A DNA stretch of 61,707 nucleotides, filler included, from Stramenopiles sp. TOSAG23-3 (taxonomy: Eukaryota), in the NCBI GenBank assembly GCA_900128585.1. It is 41 parts of 41 records of this genome, joined end to end, with 100 filler letters (N's around TTAATTAATTAA, not from the genome) between each part and the next. Parts side by side here need not be neighbours in the genome. Positions count along the whole stretch, not along the records: positions 22,906 to 24,006 come from LT646488.1; positions 24,107 to 25,207 come from LT646489.1; positions 25,308 to 26,407 come from LT646490.1; positions 26,508 to 27,607 come from LT646491.1; positions 27,708 to 28,807 come from LT646492.1; positions 28,908 to 30,006 come from LT646493.1; positions 30,107 to 31,205 come from LT646494.1; positions 31,306 to 32,404 come from LT646495.1; 33 more parts are not named here. One strand, given 5' to 3'. The position numbers and the translations under genes were made by a program. Shown here piece after piece: positions 23,625-34,691 of the stretch. The notes beneath the pieces were generated by a model. It was not told the DNA's origin. It ran no database searches and worked only from the letters and a program-made list of their open reading frames with translations. Each line of letters opens with the position of its first letter. Position 1 is the first letter of the stretch.

Positions 23625-23868
23625 GTTATTTAAGTAATTAAAATTAATGTGCGAACTGAAATCTAGATTTAGTTTTTATCTAGTGTAATTTTCTGAATTT
23701 CGTAAATTAAAAAATGCGGGTAGCTTTTTACTTTAAAAACAAAAAATTGGCTGTTGTTATTTAAGTAATTAAATTTTAGCTGTCTCACAATGTACCGCGA
23801 AAATGAATCTGCTCCCTTTGTCCAATCAGAGGTTTACGTTCCTTCATGTACTGCGAACTTAAAACTAT
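23625..23868 (+). repeat. Dispersed 3'-intergenic element copy 2 (partial A at 23625-23663, A at 23735-23780, B at 23791-23823, partial at 23846-23868)
   Basis: AAAACAAAAAATTGGCTGTTGTTATTTAAGTAATTAAATTTTAG, then TGTACCGCGAAAATGAATCTGCTCCCTTTGTCC; lies 60-300 bp after the hydrolase stop codon. Confidence 0.85.
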
Positions 23869-24106
23869 ACAGTCTACGTAACATTCTTTCTTAACTATAT
23901 TAGAACGGACTAGCGGACTAGTAGCGAAGAGAGAGAAGAGAAGACTTTGCCATTTGAGACCAGTACCTGTACCTAGGTATTGAATACCTGTACCGGGTAT
24001 GGTATTNNNNNNNNNNNNNNNNNNNNNNNNNNNNNNNNNNNNNNNNNNNNTTAATTAATTAANNNNNNNNNNNNNNNNNNNNNNNNNNNNNNNNNNNNNN
24101 NNNNNN

Positions 24107-25207
24107 AAACCAAGACGAAAACACGACGGGCAATGCAATGACGATTGAAGGATGGTTTCCCATATACGATACTTTGGCCGGAACTCGCGGAGAACTTCAG
24201 CTCAGCGTGAAGGTTCTGTTTATTGGCGACGCTAATCCTTTCAAAGACTCCAGCGCAGGCGTCCAGTTTTTTTCGACCTCCATGTTGGCGTCGCAGCACT
24301 TTGACGTGCAGGAAATCTACGGTTTTGTGGAAGAGTTGGTAGTGCACGATGACCCTGAGTACGAGTTTGAAAACAAATTTCGTTCCCCACAAAAAAGCAA
24401 CGACTCGCGGCTCCGTCTACTACACCGTTTGTCCTGTGGTCTGCGGCGCCAAATGGGAAAGAAGGTCCAGGACTTGGGGGGCAACGCAGTGCTCGCGTAC
24501 ACTCAAATGTTTGACGTCGAGGGCGATAGTGGTATTGTGGCAAGGGGGCATGGAACTGCGTGCAAGGTAGTCCCAATTCATTTAGAAACGACGTCATCCG
24601 ACCACGGCGCCCCGAACGCCGGGAGATCTCCCTTAATCGTTCCACACCGGCAGAAAAGTACCCCTGAGACCGACGAGGTACCAGGGTTACAGAGCTCGAT
24701 GCAAAGCAAGAGTCCCGTGAGTCCCCGGAGAAGAAGTCGCAGCAACAGTATGAGCCCATCTGCTGAATTGCATAAATCTAGGCTGTCGTCCCCCCGGATG
24801 GCTGGGGTAGACCATCCCTCTTCGATTGTGCGGGACAGCTCGTACAAGAGTGCCGGCGGGTTGCTGTCAGCGTCCCCGAGAGTCTTTCGCGCCAGCGTTA
24901 CGGCCAAGCATCTGTTTCAGTTGTACCAGCTGTACGACGACGAGATAACGGCGTCCGATAGAGAAAGGTATTGCAACGTGCTCCTTCGTCGACTGAAAGA
25001 AGAGCTCCCTCGGATTCATCGCCCCTTGGCGCACAAACTATTTGCGTCGAGGAGGAAGCTTGCTGTGGCAGAAGGCGACGAGGTCCGTGAACTGTCTCGA
25101 GAAGTCCAGCTGCTAACAATGAACACATTCGCAGTAGGGGTCAGGCTAAGGCTCGCGGGCGTGGTCGCGGCGCAGTCTGTAAAATATTTGGGCAAACTGC
25201 ATGCAAA
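24107..25207 (+). CDS. C2CD5: C2 domain-containing protein 5 homologue, internal fragment
   Basis: IEGWFPIYDTLAGTRGEL, GFVEELVVHDDPEY, LGGNAVLAYTQMFDVEGDSGIVARGHGTA. Confidence 0.9.
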
Positions 25208-25307
25208 NNNNNNNNNNNNNNNNNNNNNNNNNNNNNNNNNNNNNNNNNNNNTTAATTAATTAANNNNNNNNNNNNNNNNNNNNNNNNNNNNNNNNNNNNN
25301 NNNNNNN

Positions 25308-26407
25308 TTGGAGATTCATTTTTCTCAAACGTGTTGCTCCCTGCAAGCCGAGTCGAACTCAAATAATTAATCAGTGCAGAGGTGCACTCACCGCTGCGCG
25401 TTTCTAATTTTAGCAGAAGTGCAAGCAAGAACGGCAAGATTTGCTCTTTTCTCAAGACTCTGGCCATGGATTCTACAAAACGTTGAGTCAGGTGGCCGAC
25501 AAGGTTTTTTAAAACAATGCTCTTTTTCACCGATGACCCTGTTGCAATCGGGCGTTCGCTTGCAAACATTTCTCTGCAAAATGCTGATAGTGACACTCTT
25601 TTCCGGCCGCTTGCACTATATACAGCGTTGTAAATAGAAAACAAGTCAACCATTCGATTGGCTATTTCATCGTATTTATCTCGCTCTGTTTTTCGCTCCG
25701 TTAGCTGTGCAGTAAGACCATGCAAACGTTCCGTATCCGTGAGCTCGTTGCGATAATAATCCTCCAGTTCCTCTAGAAGCCCAGTATCCGACATCCAAGC
25801 TGCACTGGCGTGCGTGAATCGAATGTCTATACTGCTGCTAAATCGGCTTACTTCTCGGCCTAGTTTCACGACCTTCCTCCCTAGATCTCGACACACATTT
25901 TCACGGTTAGAATCATCGTATTCACCTATCACTTGCTTAAAGAAAGATAATAAACTTTTCTCTGATGTCTGCAGCTGAACTACCAGGGCGAACTGTCTAA
26001 ACTTCGGTGGAAAATTTACCTTTCGGTTTGACACGACAAGTGACATCTGAAAACCGTGGTGTACAGCAATCTTTCTGCTACTGAACATGATTGTACTCTC
26101 GTTCTTTGCCAATGTTTTCATGAGTTTAACCACTAAAGGTGGTAAGTCACGGCTCTCTATATGGACCAATAACCTTTTCCCAGCAGTTGCACAATTTAAA
26201 ATACTCTGTATGACAAGATTCCGAGGCTCAGCGTCGGTGTCGTCGTTATGTATGGTGACAACACAAGGCTCGCCTTCCCTAAATATAGACAAGTACTGGT
26301 TTGCTATAGTCTGGTAGTCTATAAAACAAAGTGTTCGCGAACTATGAGTTCTTTCGTGCTTACAGATGGCAATGTTCTCAACCAGAAAATTATCCAAAGG
26401 TAACACG
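25308..26407 (-). CDS. Divergent dynein heavy chain fragment (AAA5/strut region)
   Basis: IDYQTIANQYL, NCATAGKRLLVHI, IAVHHGFQMSL...NFPP and subsequent strut helices follow the dynein AAA5 layout with many substitutions. Confidence 0.7.
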
Positions 26408-26507
26408 NNNNNNNNNNNNNNNNNNNNNNNNNNNNNNNNNNNNNNNNNNNNTTAATTAATTAANNNNNNNNNNNNNNNNNNNNNNNNNNNNNNNNNNNNN
26501 NNNNNNN

Positions 26508-27253
26508 TGCTTCGCCGTCCTGCTTCCACGCCTTTGCCGTAATGCAGGGTTTCTTGAGTCTTCAGCGCCTCCCTGGTCAAGGTTAACTTCTTGGGGCGGT
26601 AAAGGGCGTGTAATCGTCGAGCTCGGTGCAGGCGGGATCGCGTCCCCATCGTCGTTGAAAGTTGTGTATGATACCCTTGCTGCAGCTTCCGATATTTTCC
26701 GCTGTGATTTTTTAAAGTCTTCGATTCTCCGCAGCTTCTTCTCTTTAATTGCCACGGTAGCTATTTGTTTCAGTGTTTCTTCCACTCTACCAAGCTCGCC
26801 GTCAGTCAAAGTTCGGAGACTTATTCTCACGATGTACGTGTGGAAAACACGGGTAAATTTGAACGTGTGGGAAAGGAGAAGACTTGACAAATAGACTATT
26901 TGAGGTAACACCACTATGTCAACATACTTCAATGCAGGAACCACAAGGCGGGAATATACCCACTCAACGAACGTACGAGTTTTTTGAGAATCCACAAAAA
27001 CTGAGGCAACGAGTAGAAATTGCGCTGCCTCAAACCTCTGAGAAACTGAAGCTTCCAAAACTCGCAAAACAGAGAAAACGACCCAAAATTGCAACCATAA
27101 TACTGTTGCCAGAACGTTTGGATCAGATTCTTGAACAGGAATCGCCGAGCCTTCGTTCTTTTTATGGTGCACTTTGTAAGTTTGAAATGAGCGAAAACCA
27201 GCGTACGCGAGGCCGACAGAGAGAACCACGTTTAGGAATACGTCTCCAATCAT
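26508..27253 (-). CDS. TB2/DP1/HVA22 (REEP)-like membrane protein, 3' truncated
   Basis: AYAGFRSFQT...WLQFWVVFSVLRVLE...WVYSRLVVP. Confidence 0.6.
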
Positions 27254-27773
27254 TTTAGCGCCACTACACTAAACTTTACTTCGGGTGGGGGGGCTTTTCC
27301 AAAAAATAATGATAAATTGAAGATCAATGTGCGTCTCAGTTACGGGTCCTTCCTTTTGTTATTTAAGTATAGTTATGGAGTGGGGAAGCTGTGAAAGTTA
27401 TACTAACAGTTAACCACCAATCTAATTTTTAACAACAACAACAACGTCCTCTTCCTCTCTTCTTCTTCTTTTTTTAAAAAAAAAAGAAAAAAATAATTAA
27501 TTAATACGGAATCGTCTTCGTCATAGTCACGTCACATAATACGCCTCGTACTCTCGTACTCCTCCTCGTAGTGATGAGAAGAGATGTGTCCCTGTTTTTT
27601 ACTTTTANNNNNNNNNNNNNNNNNNNNNNNNNNNNNNNNNNNNNNNNNNNNTTAATTAATTAANNNNNNNNNNNNNNNNNNNNNNNNNNNNNNNNNNNNN
27701 NNNNNNNTTCTTCTTCTTCTTCTTCTTCTTCTTCTTCCATTTCAGGGACCTCGTATGTCTGTAACCTAACTCC

Positions 27774-28807
27774 TCATACCTCATCTGACATCATGCGCGT
27801 GGTGAACGCGGTCGCTTTGTCTTCTCCCGTTGGCGCCAGAAAGTCCATAACATGTGCGGCGCGCTGCCCAGTGAGTATCATGTTTCCATTGCCCGCAAGC
27901 TGTTTTAGAACGCGAAGCCTCTCAAGCTCCACATCCTGCGTTCGGGCCGCCTTCATGCTAGTCGCCCCCAGCTTCTCCGCCTCCGATAATGCAATAATAC
28001 CTTCAGCCTTCGCTTTACCAGTGCTCTCTATGCCCCTGGCCCTCGCAAGACAGCTGTCTACTTTCTGCTCCGCGTCACGCATGGTTTTTTCCGCTCCAAT
28101 TTGAGCATCGCTTACAATCTTGATCGCATAGTTGGCTGCCGCTGTCTTGGCCTGTTCCTGGCGGGCCAGGGCCTCAGTCACGCGAGACCGTGCGCTAGCG
28201 TTAGCCTCAATGATGCCGCGCTGTACATCGCGCTCACAATTATTCAGAAGTTTCTCCGACTGAATGAATGCCTTATTCATAATCTCAACGGCCTTTTGCT
28301 GCGCCTCCGTAGTAGCATCGCGTTCGCGGCCTTTCGCTTCCGTGATCAGCGCTGCAGCCTCTGTCTGTGCCGCGATGATCTGCTGCTCCTCTTCGGCGCG
28401 AATTCCTTGCAGACGTGTTTCTCGCATCGTGCCTTCTTTTATGACTTCTACCTGCTGCTCGGCAGCTTCTCGCTCAAACTTGCGCTGAAATGTTTTATTC
28501 TCCTGCAGGCGCTTGTTTTGCAGCTTCTCAAGCTTCAGGTTGTGCTCCTTCTGCATCGTATTAAGAGTTGCCTTGAGCGTTGTCTGTTGAGTCATATCAT
28601 GCTGGAGTTTACTGGGCAGCGTCACGTTGGTGATGCGTATGCCCGTAATTTTGACACCGTATCCGATAACGCTGCGGTTCAGCGCGTCCTGAACGAGCGA
28701 CGAATGGGAGGAGTCCACAGTTGTGTCGCGAATGGTCGCCACCTCTTTGGAGTACACCAGCATTCGTATTGCTTCCTCGGTCTCGACCCGGAGCAGCTCC
28801 TGGAACC
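27774..28807 (-). CDS. SPFH/band-7 domain protein with long coiled coil, C-terminal part
   Basis: LNRSVIGYGVKITGIRITNVTLP, followed by AEA-rich coiled coil. Confidence 0.75.
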
Positions 28808-29253
28808 NNNNNNNNNNNNNNNNNNNNNNNNNNNNNNNNNNNNNNNNNNNNTTAATTAATTAANNNNNNNNNNNNNNNNNNNNNNNNNNNNNNNNNNNNN
28901 NNNNNNNTCATTTTTTTACCATTTTTTAACCGATTGGTTTAATGCTGTATCTATATTATTAAGTGTACAGTATCATCAGAGCATACTGTATAATCTTAGG
29001 GAGGAGGGAATATAAACACAGCATTAAACAAGTTGGTAAAAAAATGAAATTTTATCGACACCCCCCCCTGGGCACTAATCATCGTGCAATATCTACAATA
29101 CTAAACTACACCATATCATACGCGTGTATACGACTTATAGCAAAAACAATGGTATATCATTAGTTTTTTTTTAATAGTTAAGAACGCTTTCCACTGGATT
29201 CCTCCTTGAGCCGACGTCTTCGTCAAATCTAGATCCATTGTTTTATATTCTTT

Positions 29254-30006
29254 TCAATCCCAGTTTAAACCCCACACACTTTCGTCCTCTTCATCCACAA
29301 CATCCAATCTTTTGCCCCAAATATTTGGTCCATCGCCTAAATGTGGAGCGGGATTATGCCCACTACCACGCCCTATACTTGGCCCATCGCCTAAGCCTGG
29401 AGCAGGGTTATACCTACCGCCAATTCCTATATTTGGTCCGAAACGTGGAGCTGTTGAATAATCATAATAATAATCATCCTCTGAATCCTCGCGTCGGAGC
29501 CTCCGTCCAACATGGCAACCGTCGCTGCAAGACACTAGCATTCCGGTATCATTGTCGACGTAAACTGAACACTCCCCAGGGCGACAGCCTCGCTTTTTTT
29601 TGATAACACACCGTCGGTTTTGGCAATTAATTGTCCCATATACAAAAATATTGTTGTCCGTGTGATCGCTGAAGTCTTCCCACTCTGCATTCGGGCATGC
29701 TTTTTTCCAAAATGAAGGATCGCGATTGCGATGCCACGGGCAGATCGTGCTGCGCGGGTCAGAGACAATGTATCGTTCGTTTGCCATGTCGCCGTAAGTG
29801 CAGTAAAGATATCTGCACCTCCTGAAGCCCGACGTAGTACACCGCGGACATAAACCCTTCTTTATATATTTGAAACTTATATGGCGACCACAGAAAGGCT
29901 GATCTTGTTTCAAATTCATGTGGAATGTTTCAGAATCTACTTGAAGAGGTAGCTCCCAATCACATGCTGAAGACATTGTTTCCGCTTTAGGAAATGTTTT
30001 CCACTT
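29254..30006 (-). CDS. Cys-rich hypothetical protein with C-terminal G/P repeats, 5' truncated
   Basis: Many Cys; YNPAPGLGDGPSIG and HNPAPHLGDGPNIW repeats. Confidence 0.6.
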   Translation of the reverse strand, partial: KWKTFPKAETMSSACDWELPLQVDSETFHMNLKQDQPFCGRHISFKYIKKGLCPRCTTSGFRRCRYLYCTYGDMANERYIVSDPRSTICPWHRNRDPSFWKKACPNAEWEDFSDHTDNNIFVYGTINCQNRRCVIKKKRGCRPGECSVYVDNDTGMLVSCSDGCHVGRRLRREDSEDDYYYDYSTAPRFGPNIGIGGRYNPAPGLGDGPSIGRGSGHNPAPHLGDGPNIWGKRLDVVDEEDESVWGLNWD

Positions 30007-30540
30007 NNNNNNNNNNNNNNNNNNNNNNNNNNNNNNNNNNNNNNNNNNNNTTAATTAATTAANNNNNNNNNNNNNNNNNNNNNNNNNNNNNNNNNNNNNN
30101 NNNNNNGTGATACAAGTGATCTACTATGGACACAACATGCATATAATGCGATATCGACTGAACACATTTCAGGATTCTTTATATAATAATATTTTAGTCC
30201 TAATAATTATATATTCTTCTTCTTCTTCTTCTTCTTCTTCTTCTTCTTCTTTCTTTCTTCTTCTTCTTTATTATACAGTTATAGAATATTTGTGCATGCC
30301 TGCCTGCTGCTCCAGAGTTTCTTTTGTTGTTGTTTTTTATTATAATAATATTATATTTTCTTTCTTCTATCTTCTCATAAAATTTAAATTACTTTTCTAT
30401 ATCTATTTTTCATACTTCTGAATGATCATTCCATTCTCAAAGACACAGAAATGCAGAGGGAATAATAAACACCCTGGTCCATCCACCTTTCAGCAGCAAT
30501 CTTTTCGAACGCAATAACAAACATCACCGTTAAGCTCACA

Positions 30541-31205
30541 ATGAACTCCCTTGCGTTTATCTGTATTCTGGCCACCGTGACAAATGTAGCGGATGCCTAT
30601 CCTAATTACAGTAGCACAGATATCTCGACTTATGCTAAAGGTGGTCCATTTGATGAGATGGGCATCTCTAATTTTGAAAATGAGTATGATCCAAACAAAT
30701 GTAAGATTTCGCACAACGTCCCACCTAGCGGGTATGTGGCTGGAACCTCGTACACCTTTCAAGTTGAGACCCGTGAGACCGGCGGTCTGGGGATGAAAAT
30801 TAAAGTTGGGACGATAACAAAGGACACAGAGTCTAACAGAAAGGCCTTCCTTGATGCTATCTGGACCCCACAAAGCGGAACAGCGCCAATGGATATTTTT
30901 GCAATATGTGGCGCAGGAGGTAATTATAAAAAGATGTGGGTTGCACAAAAGGTTACCGTCTTTGCAGCCACCTCGACTCACCATTCAACCACGGGCACAC
31001 CGGAGGAACACAGCACTACATATCCCCACCATTCAACAACATCGTCCCCCCACAGCACTACATTATCCTACGCCCAGCAGCAAGAACTAAAGTGCCACTA
31101 TTCGAATGGGGAATGGCATTGGGAAGGGCCAAATGGAGGATGGTGTAAATACCCCCGCTATGCAACAACAACGTCCACTGGTGGGCCGGAGGAACACAGC
31201 ACTAC
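30541..31205 (+). CDS. Secreted protein with Reeler-like domain and T/S/H-rich stalk, truncated
   Basis: Signal peptide; GYVAGTSYTFQV...IWTP...IFAICG; HSTT repeats. Confidence 0.6.
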
Positions 31206-31413
31206 NNNNNNNNNNNNNNNNNNNNNNNNNNNNNNNNNNNNNNNNNNNNTTAATTAATTAANNNNNNNNNNNNNNNNNNNNNNNNNNNNNNNNNNNNNNN
31301 NNNNNAAACAAACAACCGAACAAATATACGAACGATTCAATACATACATACATTTGTTTTTTTAAACGTTTCGAACAGTATTCTGTGGCCGACCAAAGAA
31401 TAGTACGACAACG

Positions 31414-32404
31414 ATGGACTCGATGGCAGCGACCCTGAACGGGGGAATAAATCGTCAGGCCCGTGGAGGTTTCCAGGCAAACCCTCTGTTGTCGGCAACG
31501 GTTACGGGGGTTGTGACCGGGGTTCACCCTTCTGGTCACCCGACCGTGGCGCCCCTTCCGGCGCCTCAGCTTATGAGCTCCCAGCAGTTTTCGTCGGCCC
31601 CGTCGATGCAGCGAATGATGCAGCAAGGGCAGCAAATGGTACCGTCCTGTGGAATGTACCCGGCGCAAACGAACGCCTTGAGCCAGTCGATGCAGAGGAC
31701 GGGGCGGCACCGCACCATGAACAAGACGCGCGGGAGCACCGTCGACGACATGGTGGACGAGGCCTACATGCAGCTGACCACGGAAGCGGGGGACATATCG
31801 AGAAAGTGGCGCGAGCTTCAGCTGGACGCGACGCACTTGCAGCGCAAGAAGCTTGCCCTCCGAAGCGACTGGGCGAAGCTGCGCCACGAGCGCGCCTGGC
31901 TGGAGGACGAGCGCCGGCGGTTCAACGAGGTCATTTTGTCCGAGGTGGCGAAGTTCCAGAGGGAGCCGCGCCTGAAGCTGAACGTCGGCGGCGTCACGTA
32001 CGAGACGTACGAGAGCGTTCTTGGCCGCGACCCGGACTCGATGCTCGCCGCCCTCTGCCGGGACGACTCCCCGCTGAAGGACGAGCAGAAGGACATGGAG
32101 GGCGTCGTCTTCATCGACCGCAGCGGGAGCCTGTTCCGCCACGTCTTGAACTTTTTGCGCGATGGCGTTTTGCCCATCAACAGCGCCACGCTGAAAGACC
32201 TGTACCGAGAGGCGAAGTACTTCGAGCTTAACTCCCTGCGAACAGAGATTGAGAAGCGTTTAGGTATTGTCAGCGTTGCCGGCTCCGCGTCGCGCTCCAT
32301 AGATCAAAGCTCCATGCGCTTGACACGCGGGAGGCCCTTGGACGGCCGGTCCCGCTGGCTGGCCCCAGGGACCCCGGGGGGGATCGACTCGTTTGAAAGT
32401 GCCA
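31414..32404 (+). CDS. KCTD-type BTB/POZ (T1) domain protein, 3' truncated
   Basis: LKLNVGGVTYET...L.RDPDSML...VFIDRSGSLFRHVLNFLRDG...LYREAKYFEL. Confidence 0.9.
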
Positions 32405-32848
32405 NNNNNNNNNNNNNNNNNNNNNNNNNNNNNNNNNNNNNNNNNNNNTTAATTAATTAANNNNNNNNNNNNNNNNNNNNNNNNNNNNNNNNNNNNNNNN
32501 NNNNAATAACTTAATGCCTTAATTTATACTTCTTCTCCGTCCGTCCTTCTGCTTCTTGTTACTACTAGAAAACTACATTACAGAGCATCTAAAACAGTTT
32601 CATTTTTTTCCTTTTTCTTCTTTTTTATTTAAAAAAAAATGAAATTGGTTTTTTGAAATGACAAATGACCTAATGACCCAATGACCCAATGATTGAATGA
32701 TTGAATGAATGAACCTCGTGCTTGCTCTGAAAGAATAGGAATGAACACCGACAAAAGTGCCATCCCAGTATTTTTCCGTAGTACCAAGAAAGGTAGAGAA
32801 TTGTAGCATTGCCACCTTGAACGTTTGCGCACTACATACACACCCACC

Positions 32849-33592
32849 ATGGTCAATGGTCCTTCCCTTCTCCTTGCGGTCGTCTCGATTTCTGTGATGT
32901 GCGTGTCGGGCTTTCACAATCCCAACCAGCATATGCGCATGCAGATGAAGACCCAACGAGGGGATAACCAGAGGCCGCCCAGTCTGGACGAGCTGCTGGC
33001 AGGAAACAAACCAATGCACGATACCCACCCGGAGTCCCACTTGAAAACAAGGAGATTGAACAAGAAAATGGCCGCAGGGTTGAAAGTGGAGCACAATGGA
33101 AAGATCGTGAAACCAAAGCATTCGGGGGTTCACCAGGATTACAGTTTTTTAGAACACCACGAAGATCAAGCCATTCTGCACGCCAAGCCAATGCGCATAC
33201 ATGGTTTTGACATGGACGACCCCAAGGTCCCGTTTGCGGGCACGTTGTCCGATTACGACACTCGAAAGCTTTATGATGCGTGGAGGCAGATGGACCACGC
33301 CACCGAGTCCGAGCAGACAGGTAAGCACGAGATCGCGCTGAAGCACTATTTAAATGCCAAGAAGATATACGAGGAGCTGGACGGGACCTGGTCGCAGGAG
33401 TACGCCAAGCTGATGCACTACCTTGCAGGCGCTTACTACCGGAGTGGGAAGCCAAAAGAGTCCATGGCGACGTTAAAGGTCGGCATGGAATTCTACGAAA
33501 AGAATGACCTGGAAGAGGACGAGGAGTACGAAGCGATGGAAGACGAAATGGACGCAATGCTGGCGAAAATGGGAAAGGCCGGCGATTTGTAA
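32849..33592 (+). CDS. Secreted/ER protein with TPR-like repeats
   Basis: Signal peptide LLLAVVSISVMCVSG; TPR-like YAKLMHYLAGAYYRSGK; ends AGDL. Confidence 0.7.
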   Translation: MVNGPSLLLAVVSISVMCVSGFHNPNQHMRMQMKTQRGDNQRPPSLDELLAGNKPMHDTHPESHLKTRRLNKKMAAGLKVEHNGKIVKPKHSGVHQDYSFLEHHEDQAILHAKPMRIHGFDMDDPKVPFAGTLSDYDTRKLYDAWRQMDHATESEQTGKHEIALKHYLNAKKIYEELDGTWSQEYAKLMHYLAGAYYRSGKPKESMATLKVGMEFYEKNDLEEDEEYEAMEDEMDAMLAKMGKAGDL

Positions 33593-33779
33593 GAGGGGGA
33601 GAGNNNNNNNNNNNNNNNNNNNNNNNNNNNNNNNNNNNNNNNNNNNNTTAATTAATTAANNNNNNNNNNNNNNNNNNNNNNNNNNNNNNNNNNNNNNNNN
33701 NNNTCAAGGCACAAAAGGCGTATATTTTAGAGTCTGACCTTCCGGATCCTACCCTTACCGGGGTAGATGGTCAATTGAG

Positions 33780-34691
33780 GTAGCACAGGGGCAGGTAGTT
33801 GCACTGCCTGCCAAAGCGGTAAGTTTCAAGACATAAAGGGGAAAATATCTTGCAAGTTCTGTCCGGGTGGCAAATTTCGTAGTACAGGCGATCGTGAGTG
33901 TCAATCTTGCTCGCCGGGCATGGCCACGGGTGAGGTTGCAGGTGCTGTCTGCTCCGGATGTCCTAATGGAACGTACTCTGACAACAGTGGCGATTTCGGT
34001 CGGTATGTCGTCGTACGGACCACTGCCACAAGTTTACGCTGGAATACTCCTTGTCAGTTTGTATGCTTGCGTTCATATGCTTCATAAACCGTTCGCAAAC
34101 ACGCTGCTAAACAATTTGGAGACATACGGCATGGTCGCGGCATACACCACGCTATATGCTGGGATCATGTTTTACCAAAATTACCTGTTCGCAGAGTGGT
34201 TACTGGTGACCGCAGAAGTATTAGTAATGATCATTAATATCGGCTACGTAGTGTATGCGTTCAGCGAAATTGTGCTGGACTATGCCATAAATATGAGCGA
34301 CGATCCCAAATTTGTGCACTTTGCGATACGGTATCACAAAATGACATCATGCTGTTTGAATTCGATGACGAAATCGAAATCCAAGGCAATTTTAGAAAAA
34401 TTACATCACAAGCTGGAGAAGCGCGTCCATGAAAGTGCGGATAAGGTACTTATGGTCCAAAAATTTAAGAAAAATATGGTCAAACGGGGCAAAACCATAA
34501 AAAGCAATGGAAGTGGTAAAAAGGTTGCCCCAATCAATGAGAACAAGGAAGAGAACAACTTTCATCAAGAGATTCAGAATTTGCGGAAAGTTCGAAAAAA
34601 ACATGGTGCCAGCTCGAAAGAGTACAAAAAGGCCACGGAAGAGTTGGAAAAGAAGAAAAGCGAGTCGTTCTCTGCGAGCGATTTAGAATAA
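33780..34691 (+). pseudogene. Cys-rich repeat segment joined out of frame to the C-terminal TM part of a multi-pass receptor-like protein
   Basis: About 33780-33990 reads STGAGSCTACQSGKFQDIKGKISCKFCPGG...CPNGTYSDN. From about 33987 another frame reads VAISVGMSSYGPLPQVYAGILL...HKPFANTLLNNLETYG to TAA at 34691. Confidence 0.55.

Noticed and set aside
31258-32300. Long antisense ORFs opposite GC-rich genes (also 7620-8252, 28101-28859, 47683-48501, 55142-55972)
   Set aside because: These are shadow ORFs caused by codon bias of the real gene on the other strand; no recognisable motifs.
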